Assembly: GCA_963727825.1 (NCBI GenBank)
Contig: CAVSHO010000001.1
Location: forward strand, 320,001-384,000
Reading direction: 5' to 3'
DNA: 64,000 nucleotides
DNA from: Ignavibacteriota bacterium
GTDB lineage: Bacteria; Bacteroidota; Ignavibacteria; UBA10030
Shown: one piece after another, positions 49,917 through 59,933 of the stretch
Layout: every line of letters starts with the position of its first letter
Numbering within the stretch: position 1 is the stretch's first letter
Program-made: the position numbers and the translations under genes
The notes under the pieces: generated by a model
Seen by the model: the letters and a program-made list of their open reading frames with translations, nothing else
Told to the model about the DNA's origin: nothing
Databases searched by the model: none

Positions 49917-52325
49917 ATGAATGTAACATCCTTTGTTTTAGGACAAGCGCTGAGGCAGCTTGGCATCCCTACAGATGCAATTCGCCAATTGCAGATCGCC
50001 GGTCAATTGAGCGATGTCGATGGGAGCGGATTCCCCAATGAATTATTTCAGTTGAGTGCTCCAATGGTAACGCGGGGATTGCTGAACTATGCAATCCTAC
50101 AGATGAAGCGTGACTGGTTATATCCGCAGTGGGTGCATCAACAACTTGATCCAAAAAGTAAAAGTTTTGTCGCAAGATCGCAGAATCCATTGCTTCTTAA
50201 CATTACGCACAGAAATTGGACAATGCTCGGCAGTCCATATGGAGAGTACGAAGCTATTGTCGATCCTTGCGGATTACTCACACCGTTACCTCGTGAATGG
50301 TCGATTGATGTTTGGCTTGTATCAGATCGGGGGATATTCCTGCCATCACTTTCCATACCGATATATCAAGAATACGATACAAAGGCACCAAGAATCACAA
50401 CTCGGTTTGATGTTCATGGTATGTTGTTAGAAATTGAGGCATTCGTTGATACAACGAATCAAGGAAGAGATGTGATCTTCCAAGCCGTTCACGTAACCAA
50501 TAACACCGATCAAGTATTAGATGCATTAGTATGTTTTGCTGTGCGGCCGTTCAATCCAGAAGGGGTTGCGCCGATCCGGCATATTGAATTCAAGCAAGCA
50601 CGCCAATTGTATGTTGATCACTGTCTCGGACTTGTCTTTGCCGAGGAACCACAGAGAGTATATTGTTCCAATGCTCAGCAAGGAGATGTAGTGAATACAC
50701 TTCGTCGGCAAGTAGAATGCGGCAATTGGAGATCATCAGAAGAAACTGATCTGAAACATTCAGTGTCGTGCTCGAATGGTCTGGCAAATGCAGCAGTAGT
50801 GTTTGAGGCAAACCTTGTTCCCAACGCAAAACGGTCAATTCACTCTAGTATTGCCTTAGGAACAAAACAGTTTCTTTCACGATTGCAGTCAAAATCAACC
50901 TGGCGTGTCTCCTTTGAACAGCGAAGGGAAAGACATCAAGCTCGATGGATTAAAGAACGGTCAATTGGTGCTGTGATCGAAATTGCCGACGAGCGTCTGC
51001 AAAAGCTCTTCGATGCTAATGTACTGGCTCTTTTACAACTGCAGGATGGTGAATTTATTTCTCCCGGTCCATACCTTTATCATCATTTCTGGTTCCGGGA
51101 TGCAGCACCGATGGTGCATGCGTTGGATAGATTGGGATTTCATCGGCGTGCAAGACAGGTATTAGATTCCTTCCCTGAAAGGCAAGCCAGCGATGGTTTT
51201 TTTAGAGGGCCGGATGGAGAGTGGGATTCCAATGGCGAGGCACTCTGGCTGATCGAGCAACACGTTGCATTATCGCATCCGATTTCGTGGTTAGGACATC
51301 TATTCCCGAATATTCAACGCGGTGCTGAGTGGATTATTCAGAAAAGAAAGCAGAGTCACGATACATTTTCTACAAATCGAGGACTTCTTCCGCCAAGTTT
51401 AAGCGCCGAACATTTTGGAATGGTTGATCAATACTATTGGGACTCCTTCTGGGGATTAAGAGGCATTCGTTCCGCGGCCGCTCTCGCTCATATCATTCAT
51501 CGGCGGGAGATTGCAGAACGATGGGATCGTGAAGCTGAAATGTTCTCCAAAGATATTCGAAGGTCACTGGAAATCGCTGCCGACCGGTTAGGCAGAAATC
51601 TTATTCCGGCATCTCCCTCGCGTCCGTTTGATGAAAGTGCTATCGGATTTGTTTCCGGAATTTATCCGCTAGGTATTACAGATGTCTTTCCATCAGCTTT
51701 TAATGCAACACTGCATGAATTCACGGATAGGTTTGTAGATGACAGAGGGTTTTTCCATCCCATTATTCATTCTGGGTACAATCCATATCTCACATTACAG
51801 ATTGCGCACGCTTTTTTATTGAATAACCAACCACAACGGGCCTGGCAAATTGCTGAGACAATTTTCCGTCAATGCCCGTCACCATATTCATTGCCCGAAG
51901 CGATACATCCAAAGACAGGCGGTGGAGCTATGGGGGATGGTCATCATGGCTGGGCTGCCGCTGAAATTGTTCTCTTTTTTCTCGATTGTCTTGTGCGTGA
52001 AGAAAGAACAATGCTTTCTTTCTATAAAGATGCGACTGCAGGAATGATTCCATGGGGAATGAACACTTCTTTTCATGGAATTGCGACATCATTTGGGAAA
52101 GTCGGTTGTACATTAAACTACGAAACTGAAGGAAGGGCAATATGCTCGCTGTCACTTGAATCTATTTCAGAAAAGAAGCCAAGTGCAATTGATATCTATT
52201 TGCCGTTCTCAATCAAGAGAGCGTTGACGTCTACGCAGGGTGTAGATCTTCAGATTACATCAGGGCAGGAGAAAACAAGAATTACTTGTTCATCAGGCAA
52301 CGCAGTATTGCTCCTGGAGAGATAA
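49917..52325 (+). CDS. Six-hairpin (alpha/alpha)6 glycosidase-like protein
   Basis: YHHFWFRDA, GEWDSNG, SAEH, YYWDSFW, LPEAIHP, GDGHHGWAAAE. Confidence 0.75.
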   Translation: MNVTSFVLGQALRQLGIPTDAIRQLQIAGQLSDVDGSGFPNELFQLSAPMVTRGLLNYAILQMKRDWLYPQWVHQQLDPKSKSFVARSQNPLLLNITHRNWTMLGSPYGEYEAIVDPCGLLTPLPREWSIDVWLVSDRGIFLPSLSIPIYQEYDTKAPRITTRFDVHGMLLEIEAFVDTTNQGRDVIFQAVHVTNNTDQVLDALVCFAVRPFNPEGVAPIRHIEFKQARQLYVDHCLGLVFAEEPQRVYCSNAQQGDVVNTLRRQVECGNWRSSEETDLKHSVSCSNGLANAAVVFEANLVPNAKRSIHSSIALGTKQFLSRLQSKSTWRVSFEQRRERHQARWIKERSIGAVIEIADERLQKLFDANVLALLQLQDGEFISPGPYLYHHFWFRDAAPMVHALDRLGFHRRARQVLDSFPERQASDGFFRGPDGEWDSNGEALWLIEQHVALSHPISWLGHLFPNIQRGAEWIIQKRKQSHDTFSTNRGLLPPSLSAEHFGMVDQYYWDSFWGLRGIRSAAALAHIIHRREIAERWDREAEMFSKDIRRSLEIAADRLGRNLIPASPSRPFDESAIGFVSGIYPLGITDVFPSAFNATLHEFTDRFVDDRGFFHPIIHSGYNPYLTLQIAHAFLLNNQPQRAWQIAETIFRQCPSPYSLPEAIHPKTGGGAMGDGHHGWAAAEIVLFFLDCLVREERTMLSFYKDATAGMIPWGMNTSFHGIATSFGKVGCTLNYETEGRAICSLSLESISEKKPSAIDIYLPFSIKRALTSTQGVDLQITSGQEKTRITCSSGNAVLLLER

Positions 52326-53147
52326 TATATTCGTTCCGGGAATGCGGTGAATATGAACGGTAAGGGGAAGTTCCATCTTTGCCTTAGCATAGAGAGATTC
52401 ATTTTCGCCGACAAGGATTGCTAAACCATCGGGGTCGCACAGCTGCAATAACGGGATGTCTATATCGCTATCGGTGGCAACAATCATGGGCATACAATCG
52501 CCGCTCAATAGACGGTATTGGGCAACTTTTCCATCGCCCACCGGAATCGGGTTCAATATTTGATTCGTGATTATTCCGTTTACGATTTTTGGCTTAATAC
52601 CGGCAATATTATTTATAGGAATATCAAACAACATAGAAGCGGCCATTTTCGCTGAAACATCGTTGCTTGCCGAAATAATAAAAATCGTATACTCCCACTG
52701 ACGCAACAGGTGTATCACCTCAAGCATGATCTGATTTGCCTTTGGCACAGGGACTTCCATTCCTTCACACCTGATCGTATCGGAACTCGAAAGTAAAACT
52801 CGTTTGGTTGTTCTGATAAGAAAGTCCAAAGAAAGGCCATTCAATGCGCGCACCGCTTCAATGTAAGCAGTTGATGCATCTTCTTTTACCATCTGCTGAT
52901 ATTCGGTCCATGAGAGCGAGAGAGGAAAGTCTTCAGAGAGTAATTGTGCAAAAATGGCATTACCAATATCACCGACAAGCAATGTATTATCCAGATCAAA
53001 TACCGCGGTTCTGCTTTTCCCACCCAGATGAGATTCACCAAACCGCTGCTCAATATCTAGGAGGCACTCCAATATGTTCGATCGAAAAACCATTTCTATC
53101 GAGTACTTTGACATAAAGCCAGGGTCGATCAATTCGTAGATTCTCAT
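52293..53147 (-). CDS. HAD-superfamily phosphatase
   Basis: VFDLDNTLLVGDIG (DxD), ISAS, GK, DSDID. Confidence 0.85.
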   Translation of the reverse strand: MRIYELIDPGFMSKYSIEMVFRSNILECLLDIEQRFGESHLGGKSRTAVFDLDNTLLVGDIGNAIFAQLLSEDFPLSLSWTEYQQMVKEDASTAYIEAVRALNGLSLDFLIRTTKRVLLSSSDTIRCEGMEVPVPKANQIMLEVIHLLRQWEYTIFIISASNDVSAKMAASMLFDIPINNIAGIKPKIVNGIITNQILNPIPVGDGKVAQYRLLSGDCMPMIVATDSDIDIPLLQLCDPDGLAILVGENESLYAKAKMELPLTVHIHRIPGTNILSLQEQYCVA

Positions 53148-54124
53148 TGCGCTGTGAATGATCGAAGAGGTTTAGCTGCGAATGCAGGAATCGTAAGTGG
53201 TTTATGATGTTGATGAAGTGCAACTGTAACGTTTGAGATCTGGTAAGGAATCGGCAGCTGGCGAATCTTGATATTACAATACCCATCAGTATATTGCAAC
53301 ATATTATACTTCAAGAACTTCACAGGGTCGTCACAGACTGCGCCTGCTCCATTGGCAAAAAGAATTCCGTTACGATCATATATCTCATTTCGATGAATAT
53401 GTCCATGCAATACATATCGGACATTGAACGATTGGAAAAGGCGGATAATTCTTTTTCTTTTTTTCATCCGCATGGTGTTCGACTCTATTTTTGTCCAAAG
53501 TCTGCCTCCTTCATAGTCTGATTGAATGAAATCGTTAAAGTGATGATGGATAACAATAATGTTGGTACGATCAGCTAAAATGCCGAAGGAGGTCATTTTT
53601 TCTAAAGCATCAATTTGCTGATCGTCCAACATTCCATTCGTGCCCAATGGATTTTGCCTAAAAGACCATGGAGGAATTGAATTCAAGCCGATGATGTTGA
53701 ATGGCCCTACTATTTTGATAAAAGGAAACAGACTTGTTTCACTCAATCTTGTGACATTCTGGAAAGTCTCAGCAAATGCATTCTGGAACAATGCTATATG
53801 CTGTGTATAGTCGATACTACGAATATGCTGCGGAAAACTCAGCACATCTACAGCGCGATGTGGTCCGCCGAAAATATCATGATTCCCAGGCACGATAGTC
53901 AATTTGCTGCTATCCAGCAATTGATGATTTAAAAGTATTTCCCGTGCAAGATAGTAATCATCTTCATCAGCCGTGCTGACAATATCACCGGAGACAATTA
54001 TATGATCTGCCCCTTCGTTCAACATAGAACGTAAGAGCATTTTAAATGATTTGATATGCTCACGATAATGCTGCCGGCTCAAATGCGGATCTGAAATATG
54101 TGCTATTTGAAACATATCTTTCAT
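53144..54124 (-). CDS. CpdA/Icc-like metallophosphoesterase
   Basis: HISDPH, SGDI, PGNHD, HHH, LHGHIH. Confidence 0.88.
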   Translation of the reverse strand: MKDMFQIAHISDPHLSRQHYREHIKSFKMLLRSMLNEGADHIIVSGDIVSTADEDDYYLAREILLNHQLLDSSKLTIVPGNHDIFGGPHRAVDVLSFPQHIRSIDYTQHIALFQNAFAETFQNVTRLSETSLFPFIKIVGPFNIIGLNSIPPWSFRQNPLGTNGMLDDQQIDALEKMTSFGILADRTNIIVIHHHFNDFIQSDYEGGRLWTKIESNTMRMKKRKRIIRLFQSFNVRYVLHGHIHRNEIYDRNGILFANGAGAVCDDPVKFLKYNMLQYTDGYCNIKIRQLPIPYQISNVTVALHQHHKPLTIPAFAAKPLRSFTAQ

Positions 54125-54132
54125 AAGAATAT

Positions 54133-55281
54133 TTACGCTGCCTTGTGTAATAATCGGCGTTGTTTTACCTGTTGTATAACATCTTCGTACGTAATAAAGA
54201 GACGGTTCAGAATGGATTCCCACCGGTATTCCTGAGCACGTCGATGTGCCTGTTCGCCCATCGTCCGCCTATAATTCGGGTGATCGAGCAGCCATTCCAC
54301 TTTTTGTGCAAGGTTCACACCGTCCAGTGGTTTAGCAAGGAGTCCAGATGTTCCATCTTCAATGATCTCAGTTGCGCCCCCCATTTTTGCTGCAACTGGG
54401 GTCAATCCGGAAGCCATTGCTTCTAACGTTACCAATCCGAAGGTCTCCGTTGTTGAGGGGAAGACAAAGATGTCGGCAGAGGCGAAACTCTCTGCAAGCG
54501 TGACACCCGTCTGGTATCCCAGGAAGTGTGCGCCCGGCATCATCTGCTCAAATTCGGTCCGAGCGTGACCTTCCCCCACGATCACCATTTGAAAATCATT
54601 TCGCTTTGTTTTTAATTGTTGATATGCATCAGCTAGGACTCGCAAGTCTTTTTCCCATACTAACCTGCTTACAAATAATACGATGGGTTTAGAACCGCCG
54701 CCGAATTGTATTCGCCATACGTCATTTCGACGCTCAGGCGTGAAGAGCCCCGTGTCGACACCATTTGGAAGATATTGTAAACGTTGAATATTGTTTTCTG
54801 TCAATTCATTTAAAATAGGTCTTGTAGGGACGAGAGTTAGATCTACGTTGTTATACAGATTTCGGGTTATTCGCCATACAAGGTCTTCAAGCTTTGTCAG
54901 GTTATAATAACGAGGATATGCCGGGAAGTGTGTATGGTATGTTGCAACCACAGGCACGTCAAAATGTTTTGCATATTTCACCGCACCAAATCCGAGTGTG
55001 CAGGGACTATTGATATGAATGATGTCCGGCCTGAAATTATTTAGTATTTTGGCGAAAGATTGATATCCTGGCAAAGCCATCCTGTATGCTTTTTGGAGCG
55101 GGATGACAACGGAGGGAACCTTATACATCGGAATGAGCTGCTCTGATAGTTCAGGCAAAATAGAAGTGATGGCAATTACCTCATGATTTCTGGCAAGTGC
55201 GCCATCAATCATTTTATATACAACACGCGTGACTCCATCTTGTCCGACTTTTAAGTTCGCATTGAAATACGCTATTCGCAT
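54133..55281 (-). CDS. GT4 glycosyltransferase, diacylglycerol glycosyltransferase (Agt/MgtA-like)
   Basis: DGV, ATYHTHFPAY, NGVD, VSRLVWEKD, FPSTTETFGLVTLEAMASG. Confidence 0.85.
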   Translation of the reverse strand: MRIAYFNANLKVGQDGVTRVVYKMIDGALARNHEVIAITSILPELSEQLIPMYKVPSVVIPLQKAYRMALPGYQSFAKILNNFRPDIIHINSPCTLGFGAVKYAKHFDVPVVATYHTHFPAYPRYYNLTKLEDLVWRITRNLYNNVDLTLVPTRPILNELTENNIQRLQYLPNGVDTGLFTPERRNDVWRIQFGGGSKPIVLFVSRLVWEKDLRVLADAYQQLKTKRNDFQMVIVGEGHARTEFEQMMPGAHFLGYQTGVTLAESFASADIFVFPSTTETFGLVTLEAMASGLTPVAAKMGGATEIIEDGTSGLLAKPLDGVNLAQKVEWLLDHPNYRRTMGEQAHRRAQEYRWESILNRLFITYEDVIQQVKQRRLLHKAA

Positions 55282-55320
55282 AAATACTCCTCTTTTCTTG
55301 CATGCAATATAAGAGAAGCG

Positions 55321-55359
55321 TATTACTGGAAAATGATGGTGTGGTTATTGATTTGTTAA
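55321..55359 (-). promoter_or_regulatory. Pho-box-like array upstream of the GT4 operon
   Basis: Minus strand TTAACA, ATAACC, ATCATT, GTAATA at an exact 11-bp period, followed by TATATTG. Confidence 0.7.
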
Positions 55360-55391
55360 GCTTTTCGGATGATGAAATCTGGAGGAACGCA

Positions 55392-55577
55392 TTAAAAAAG
55401 AGGAAGGAAGGCATATCGAAGAAGAAAGAGGGCTACGGTTATTCCTATCACCCAAAGGAAAAATTCGATTCCGTTTATCGGTTCAGTATTCTCTTCTCTG
55501 TTTTGCTCTGGGAGATTTTTTTCTACCATTTCGAAGATCTTCGATGAAGGATCATGCTCGTTTTCTGTATTTGCCAT
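55392..55577 (-). CDS. Small single-TM protein (61 aa)
   Basis: AAGGA RBS; acidic N-terminus and C-terminal TM helix. Confidence 0.55.
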   Translation of the reverse strand: MANTENEHDPSSKIFEMVEKNLPEQNREENTEPINGIEFFLWVIGITVALFLLRYAFLPLF

Positions 55578-55629
55578 ACAGCTTTATCCTTTATGAATCA
55601 TTAATAATAACAAGAAGCAATGAGTAAAG

Positions 55630-55657
55630 TATTACGGAATTGTTAATTTATTATTAA
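55630..55657 (-). promoter_or_regulatory. Pho-box-like array in the divergent region before phoB
   Basis: Minus strand TTAATA-N5-TTAACA-N5-GTAATA. Confidence 0.65.
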
Positions 55658-55744
55658 CAAAATTGAGTCTTTTCTACGAATCCTTGAAAGAGAGAAACCT
55701 AACCCCTATATTAAATGCACAAATCTGAAAGATTGAAGTACCTT

Positions 55745-56434
55745 ATGAAAAAAAACATTCTAATCGTCGATGATGAAAAAGATATCATCGATCTTTTATC
55801 GTATAATCTGATCAAAGAAGATTTTTCGGTGATTACCGCCCGCAACGGACGCGAGGCATTGGAACGAGTGAAACAAAAACCTGATTTGATCATTTTAGAT
55901 ATAATGATGCCGGAAATAAACGGGTTGCAGGTTATTCAGGAATTAAAAAGGGATAAGAAGACAGCGTCCATTCCTGTGCTTTTACTTACAGCAAAGGGTT
56001 CAGAGACGGATGAAATTGTTGGCCTGGAAGTAGGAGCGGATGATTATATTATTAAGCCGGTGAAAATTGGAAAAATCATTGCGCGTGTACATGCGGTACT
56101 TCGCAGACAAGAGCAGGCTGCTCAAAAAGCAATTCCACAAATGGATATTATTTCTATAAAAGACTTAGTAATTAACGTGTCCAGCTACACAGCAAGCATT
56201 GGGAAGCAGAAGCTATTATTTCCAAGAAAAGAATTTGAAACGCTCGTTTATCTTATTCGGAATCGTGGGAGAGTGCTTTCACGAGAAGCCATATTAAATG
56301 CGGTCTGGGGGGAAAATATTCATGTGGTGGATAGAACTATAGACGTTCATATTAGAAAAATACGCGAGAAGCTTGGTACTTATTCGGATTATGTCGAGAC
56401 AGTTTCTGGTGTTGGATATCGATTTAAAGCTTAA
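55745..56434 (+). CDS. phoB: PhoB/PhoP-type response regulator
   Basis: IVDDE, LIILDIMMP, GADDYIIKP, DRTIDVHIRKIREKLG; adjacent to a PhoR-like kinase in a pst island. Confidence 0.85.
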   Translation: MKKNILIVDDEKDIIDLLSYNLIKEDFSVITARNGREALERVKQKPDLIILDIMMPEINGLQVIQELKRDKKTASIPVLLLTAKGSETDEIVGLEVGADDYIIKPVKIGKIIARVHAVLRRQEQAAQKAIPQMDIISIKDLVINVSSYTASIGKQKLLFPRKEFETLVYLIRNRGRVLSREAILNAVWGENIHVVDRTIDVHIRKIREKLGTYSDYVETVSGVGYRFKA

Positions 56435-57878
56435 ATGAAAATACAAACAAAAATTACCGTTACTTATGTTGTTCTTGCACTGTTGATTGTTGTCAGTCTC
56501 GGTGTATTCACAAGCATGCGCATGGAATCGGTACTTCAAGGAGCGAATGGTAAACGAACTAAGCCGTCAAGCCGATTTGGTTTTCTTCATTCTCGAAAAA
56601 GATACGACGTACTCATTCTCGCAAATCGATCAACAGGTCAAGTTGGTCGGAGGTCTAGAAAACCTTCGAATTACACTAATTGATGTACAAGGAAACGTAC
56701 TTGCAGACTCGGATATTCCTTTCCCAGATATTGCTGAAGTAAAGAACCATTTGAATCGTCCAGAAGTTCAAGATGCAAAACGTTATGGTGTTGGACACGA
56801 TATCCGTCATAGTGCAACTGTCGGTCACGATTTTTTGTACATGGCAAAACTTGTAAGGATATTTCCAAAGGGAATTAATTTTAAAACGCTTCAATATATC
56901 AGATTGAGTGTTCCACTCGAAGACGTGCAGGATCAAATCAATCGCATTCGTTCGATTATTATAATAGTTGGATTAGGAGTACTGCTTGCAATTGTAACGG
57001 TCAGCATAATTGTTTCTCGTCTCATTACAAAACCGATGACGCAAATTGCCCAAGGTGTGGAACAAATTCGCTCCGGCGATCTGGATGCACAGCTTATTGT
57101 TTCTTCTAATGATGAAATCGGACTTGTAGCAAACGCGGTTAACGAACTCGTACAAAAGCTTAAGTCGGATATTGTACAATTGAAGAAATTAGAGCAAGTG
57201 CGCAGTCAGTTTCTAGGAAATGTTTCGCACGAGCTTCGCACACCGATATTTGCTGTACAGGGATATTTGGAAACGCTTCTCAACGGTGCTGTAGATGATC
57301 CTGCTGTGAATCGCTCGTTTTTGGAAAAAGCACAATCAAATTTGGACCGTCTCAATGTATTGCTAGAGGATCTCATCAACATTTCTCAAATCGAATCAGG
57401 TGAAATGAAAATGAGCTTCCGATACTTCAGTATCAACGAATTTCTAGAATCTGTAATCAAAGAATTTGAAACTATAGCGGCAAACCGAGATGTTGTTCTA
57501 AAACTATTATTGAACACGACCGCGGACGATGAAATTTTTGGCGATAGAGATAGATTGCGGCAGGTTCTAAATAATTTAATCAGCAATGCTATTAACTATA
57601 ATAAATCCGGAGGGGAAGTAGTTATCGCTTCCGAGAAAAAAGAACATGGCATTCAACTGAGTATAAAAGATACGGGTGTTGGAATTCCATCTGAACATCT
57701 TTCAAGGATATTTGAGAGGTTTTATCGTGTTGACAACGACCGCTCACGCGAGCTTGGCGGCACCGGCCTAGGCCTTGCAATTGTTAAGCATATCGTGGAA
57801 GCCCACGGAAGTCAGGTACAGGTGGAAAGTAAGGTGGGAGAAGGAAGCATATTCCGATTCCTTCTTAAAAATAACTAA
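56435..57878 (+). pseudogene. phoR: PhoR-type sensor kinase, split by one extra G at 56530-56531
   Basis: NHLNRPEVQDA, HAMP, NVSHELRTP, NLISNAINYN, RIFERFYRVD, GGTGLGL; the frames join as MESYFKERM if one G is removed. Confidence 0.85.
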
Positions 57879-59698
57879 TGTGCATTCGCCGGTATTTCGA
57901 TGGCTGGAACCATGATCTCTATGAGCTCTTGTTCCAACGCAAGTAATTCATTCCGCATAGTTTCACGATAGTGTTCAGATTCTTCAAGCAGCTTTGGAAT
58001 CAGACTTTTGTAATAGTTTATACCATCCTGTAAACTCGCTTTGAATGTGCTGAAATATTTTTGTTCCTTTGCATTCCAAGTATCAAGCCGTTTTTGGATT
58101 TCAATTTTCATATAATCCACATATAACCGCAGCTCATTTATGAATAAATTGGGGCGATTGGGATCAGTCATAAGTTGTATACGGCCGTAGATGTGCCCCA
58201 CCATTTCTTCTAATGAGGTAATTTTTGAGAAGTAAGCGAGATTCGGCCCTGGACATATTGCAACAGCGCGTTCTTTTGCGGGTCCATGACCATTACTGTT
58301 GATGAGGCCGGATGCAGCAAGATCTTCACACAGACAGGCTTTCTCAACTATCTTCGCAAGTTTCTCAAATAGCACCGTCGGTGAAAAATTCTGTTTTTTT
58401 AATTGATCAATTTTAAGTTCTTGATATTGGCTCGATGCAGTGCAAATTGGTTCAGTCGTAAATTCTGTGTTGGAGACGAGAAACTTTTTTGTGCATTTGC
58501 TTCCGGGGTTTCCCTCATTGGCGCGCTGGTGGATAAGCAAGTCGCTCGTGCTTCCCCGTAGATTATTAAACGGCACTCCAAGTGGTGAAGCATCGCTGAT
58601 ATAATAATCCTCTCTCCTAGCATGAACAAGTAGCTGTCTTGTCGTCTCATCGACATTGGTTGCCTCTGGGACGAGGAGAAACGGTGATCCCCAGCCAGTT
58701 CCTTCAATACAGTAATATTCACGCAAGAACTTGTCTTCCTTCGCCGTGCCAATCCCGCCTTGTACAGTTATTCGAAACGGTAAAGAGTGAGGAAGAGGCA
58801 TTCCTTTTTCCAGTAATGCCGCAGCATAAATTTGCCGTAATTCTGAAAGCAATAAATTTCTATTGGTCTTGAACTCGTCGAGAATTGGCCCAAGCAAAAG
58901 CCCATGCGAAGGAAAAGCATGTCCGCCGCAATTTAATCCGGATTCAATACGGAATTCTGAAATCCAAATTCCTTTCTTTGCAAGTATCTTTCCCTGAATA
59001 ATGGCAGAACGATAATCGCTGACTTTGAGGATAACCCTTTTATTTAGATTGCCATTTTCATCGGGGAAAAATTCGGGCCGTTGTCCCATGTAACTGAATA
59101 ACCGGGGATTCAATCCCGCAGAGAGAATAACTGATGAATTGAGGTCGCTTTGAGCAAATCCGCGCAGTGAGGCAAGTGCATCTGAAAATTCTGCCGGGAG
59201 TTCTTTTTGATCGTGTCCGGTATTAGCTTTATCTAATTTTGTCATGATGTTAACATCGATATCGCCGGCAATAATATTTGTTCGTAACTCATGCTGCAAC
59301 GCTGATTGTTTTTCGGTGTCGGTCACATGTATCATGCGATGATAAAGCACTTTAAGCTGTGAGTCCTCCGGCAGAATTTCGAAATACTTGACAATCTCGC
59401 TTCCTTTCTCAAACGCTGAAGCTTTGAGAGTGGCAATCTGTTTCTGCACAATCTTCTGGAGAAGATTGAGATAAGCGGTAATCCTTTTGGCTCGATAATC
59501 TTCATCCCGAACAGTAATCGGAAAATAAGTCTCCTCGAACAATCGTGCATAATGCTTTCTCATGTGCTCGATTAAAATATCATCTACAATCGATATGACA
59601 GATGAAATACCGTACCTCGCAACTCGAATAGGAGTGTCAACAGAAAATGCCAGTCCTAATACCGGAATATGAAATGAATGCACTCGAGTATCTGCCAT
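57875..59698 (-). CDS. Conserved hypothetical protein, possible FMN TIM-barrel / Fe-S oxidoreductase
   Basis: FHIPVLG, LSAG, ESGLNCGGHAF, VQGGIGT, GSPFL, C-terminal Cys residues (KCTK, ICTAS, CLC, ICPG). Confidence 0.6.
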   Translation of the reverse strand: MADTRVHSFHIPVLGLAFSVDTPIRVARYGISSVISIVDDILIEHMRKHYARLFEETYFPITVRDEDYRAKRITAYLNLLQKIVQKQIATLKASAFEKGSEIVKYFEILPEDSQLKVLYHRMIHVTDTEKQSALQHELRTNIIAGDIDVNIMTKLDKANTGHDQKELPAEFSDALASLRGFAQSDLNSSVILSAGLNPRLFSYMGQRPEFFPDENGNLNKRVILKVSDYRSAIIQGKILAKKGIWISEFRIESGLNCGGHAFPSHGLLLGPILDEFKTNRNLLLSELRQIYAAALLEKGMPLPHSLPFRITVQGGIGTAKEDKFLREYYCIEGTGWGSPFLLVPEATNVDETTRQLLVHARREDYYISDASPLGVPFNNLRGSTSDLLIHQRANEGNPGSKCTKKFLVSNTEFTTEPICTASSQYQELKIDQLKKQNFSPTVLFEKLAKIVEKACLCEDLAASGLINSNGHGPAKERAVAICPGPNLAYFSKITSLEEMVGHIYGRIQLMTDPNRPNLFINELRLYVDYMKIEIQKRLDTWNAKEQKYFSTFKASLQDGINYYKSLIPKLLEESEHYRETMRNELLALEQELIEIMVPAIEIPANAH

Positions 59699-59933
59699 CT
59701 TTAATTCTTTCAATAGTAACAATTTTAATCAAATTAATACAAGATCGTGTATTTTCCCGCAAAATCAAATTATATCCAGAGAAATGCAGACTTATTTATT
59801 AAAATGATAATGAAGTGGTGATCAGTGGTTCCAATAAAGGAACTACAATAAAAAAAATAGAATGTTAAATATTGTGTATATCAAATTAAACCTTTATATA
59901 TCTATCGATTTCTTATAAGAAACAAAAATATTA

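Noticed and set aside
56520-56540. Programmed frameshift or phase variation in phoR
   Set aside because: There is no slippery heptamer, homopolymer tract or simple repeat at the junction.
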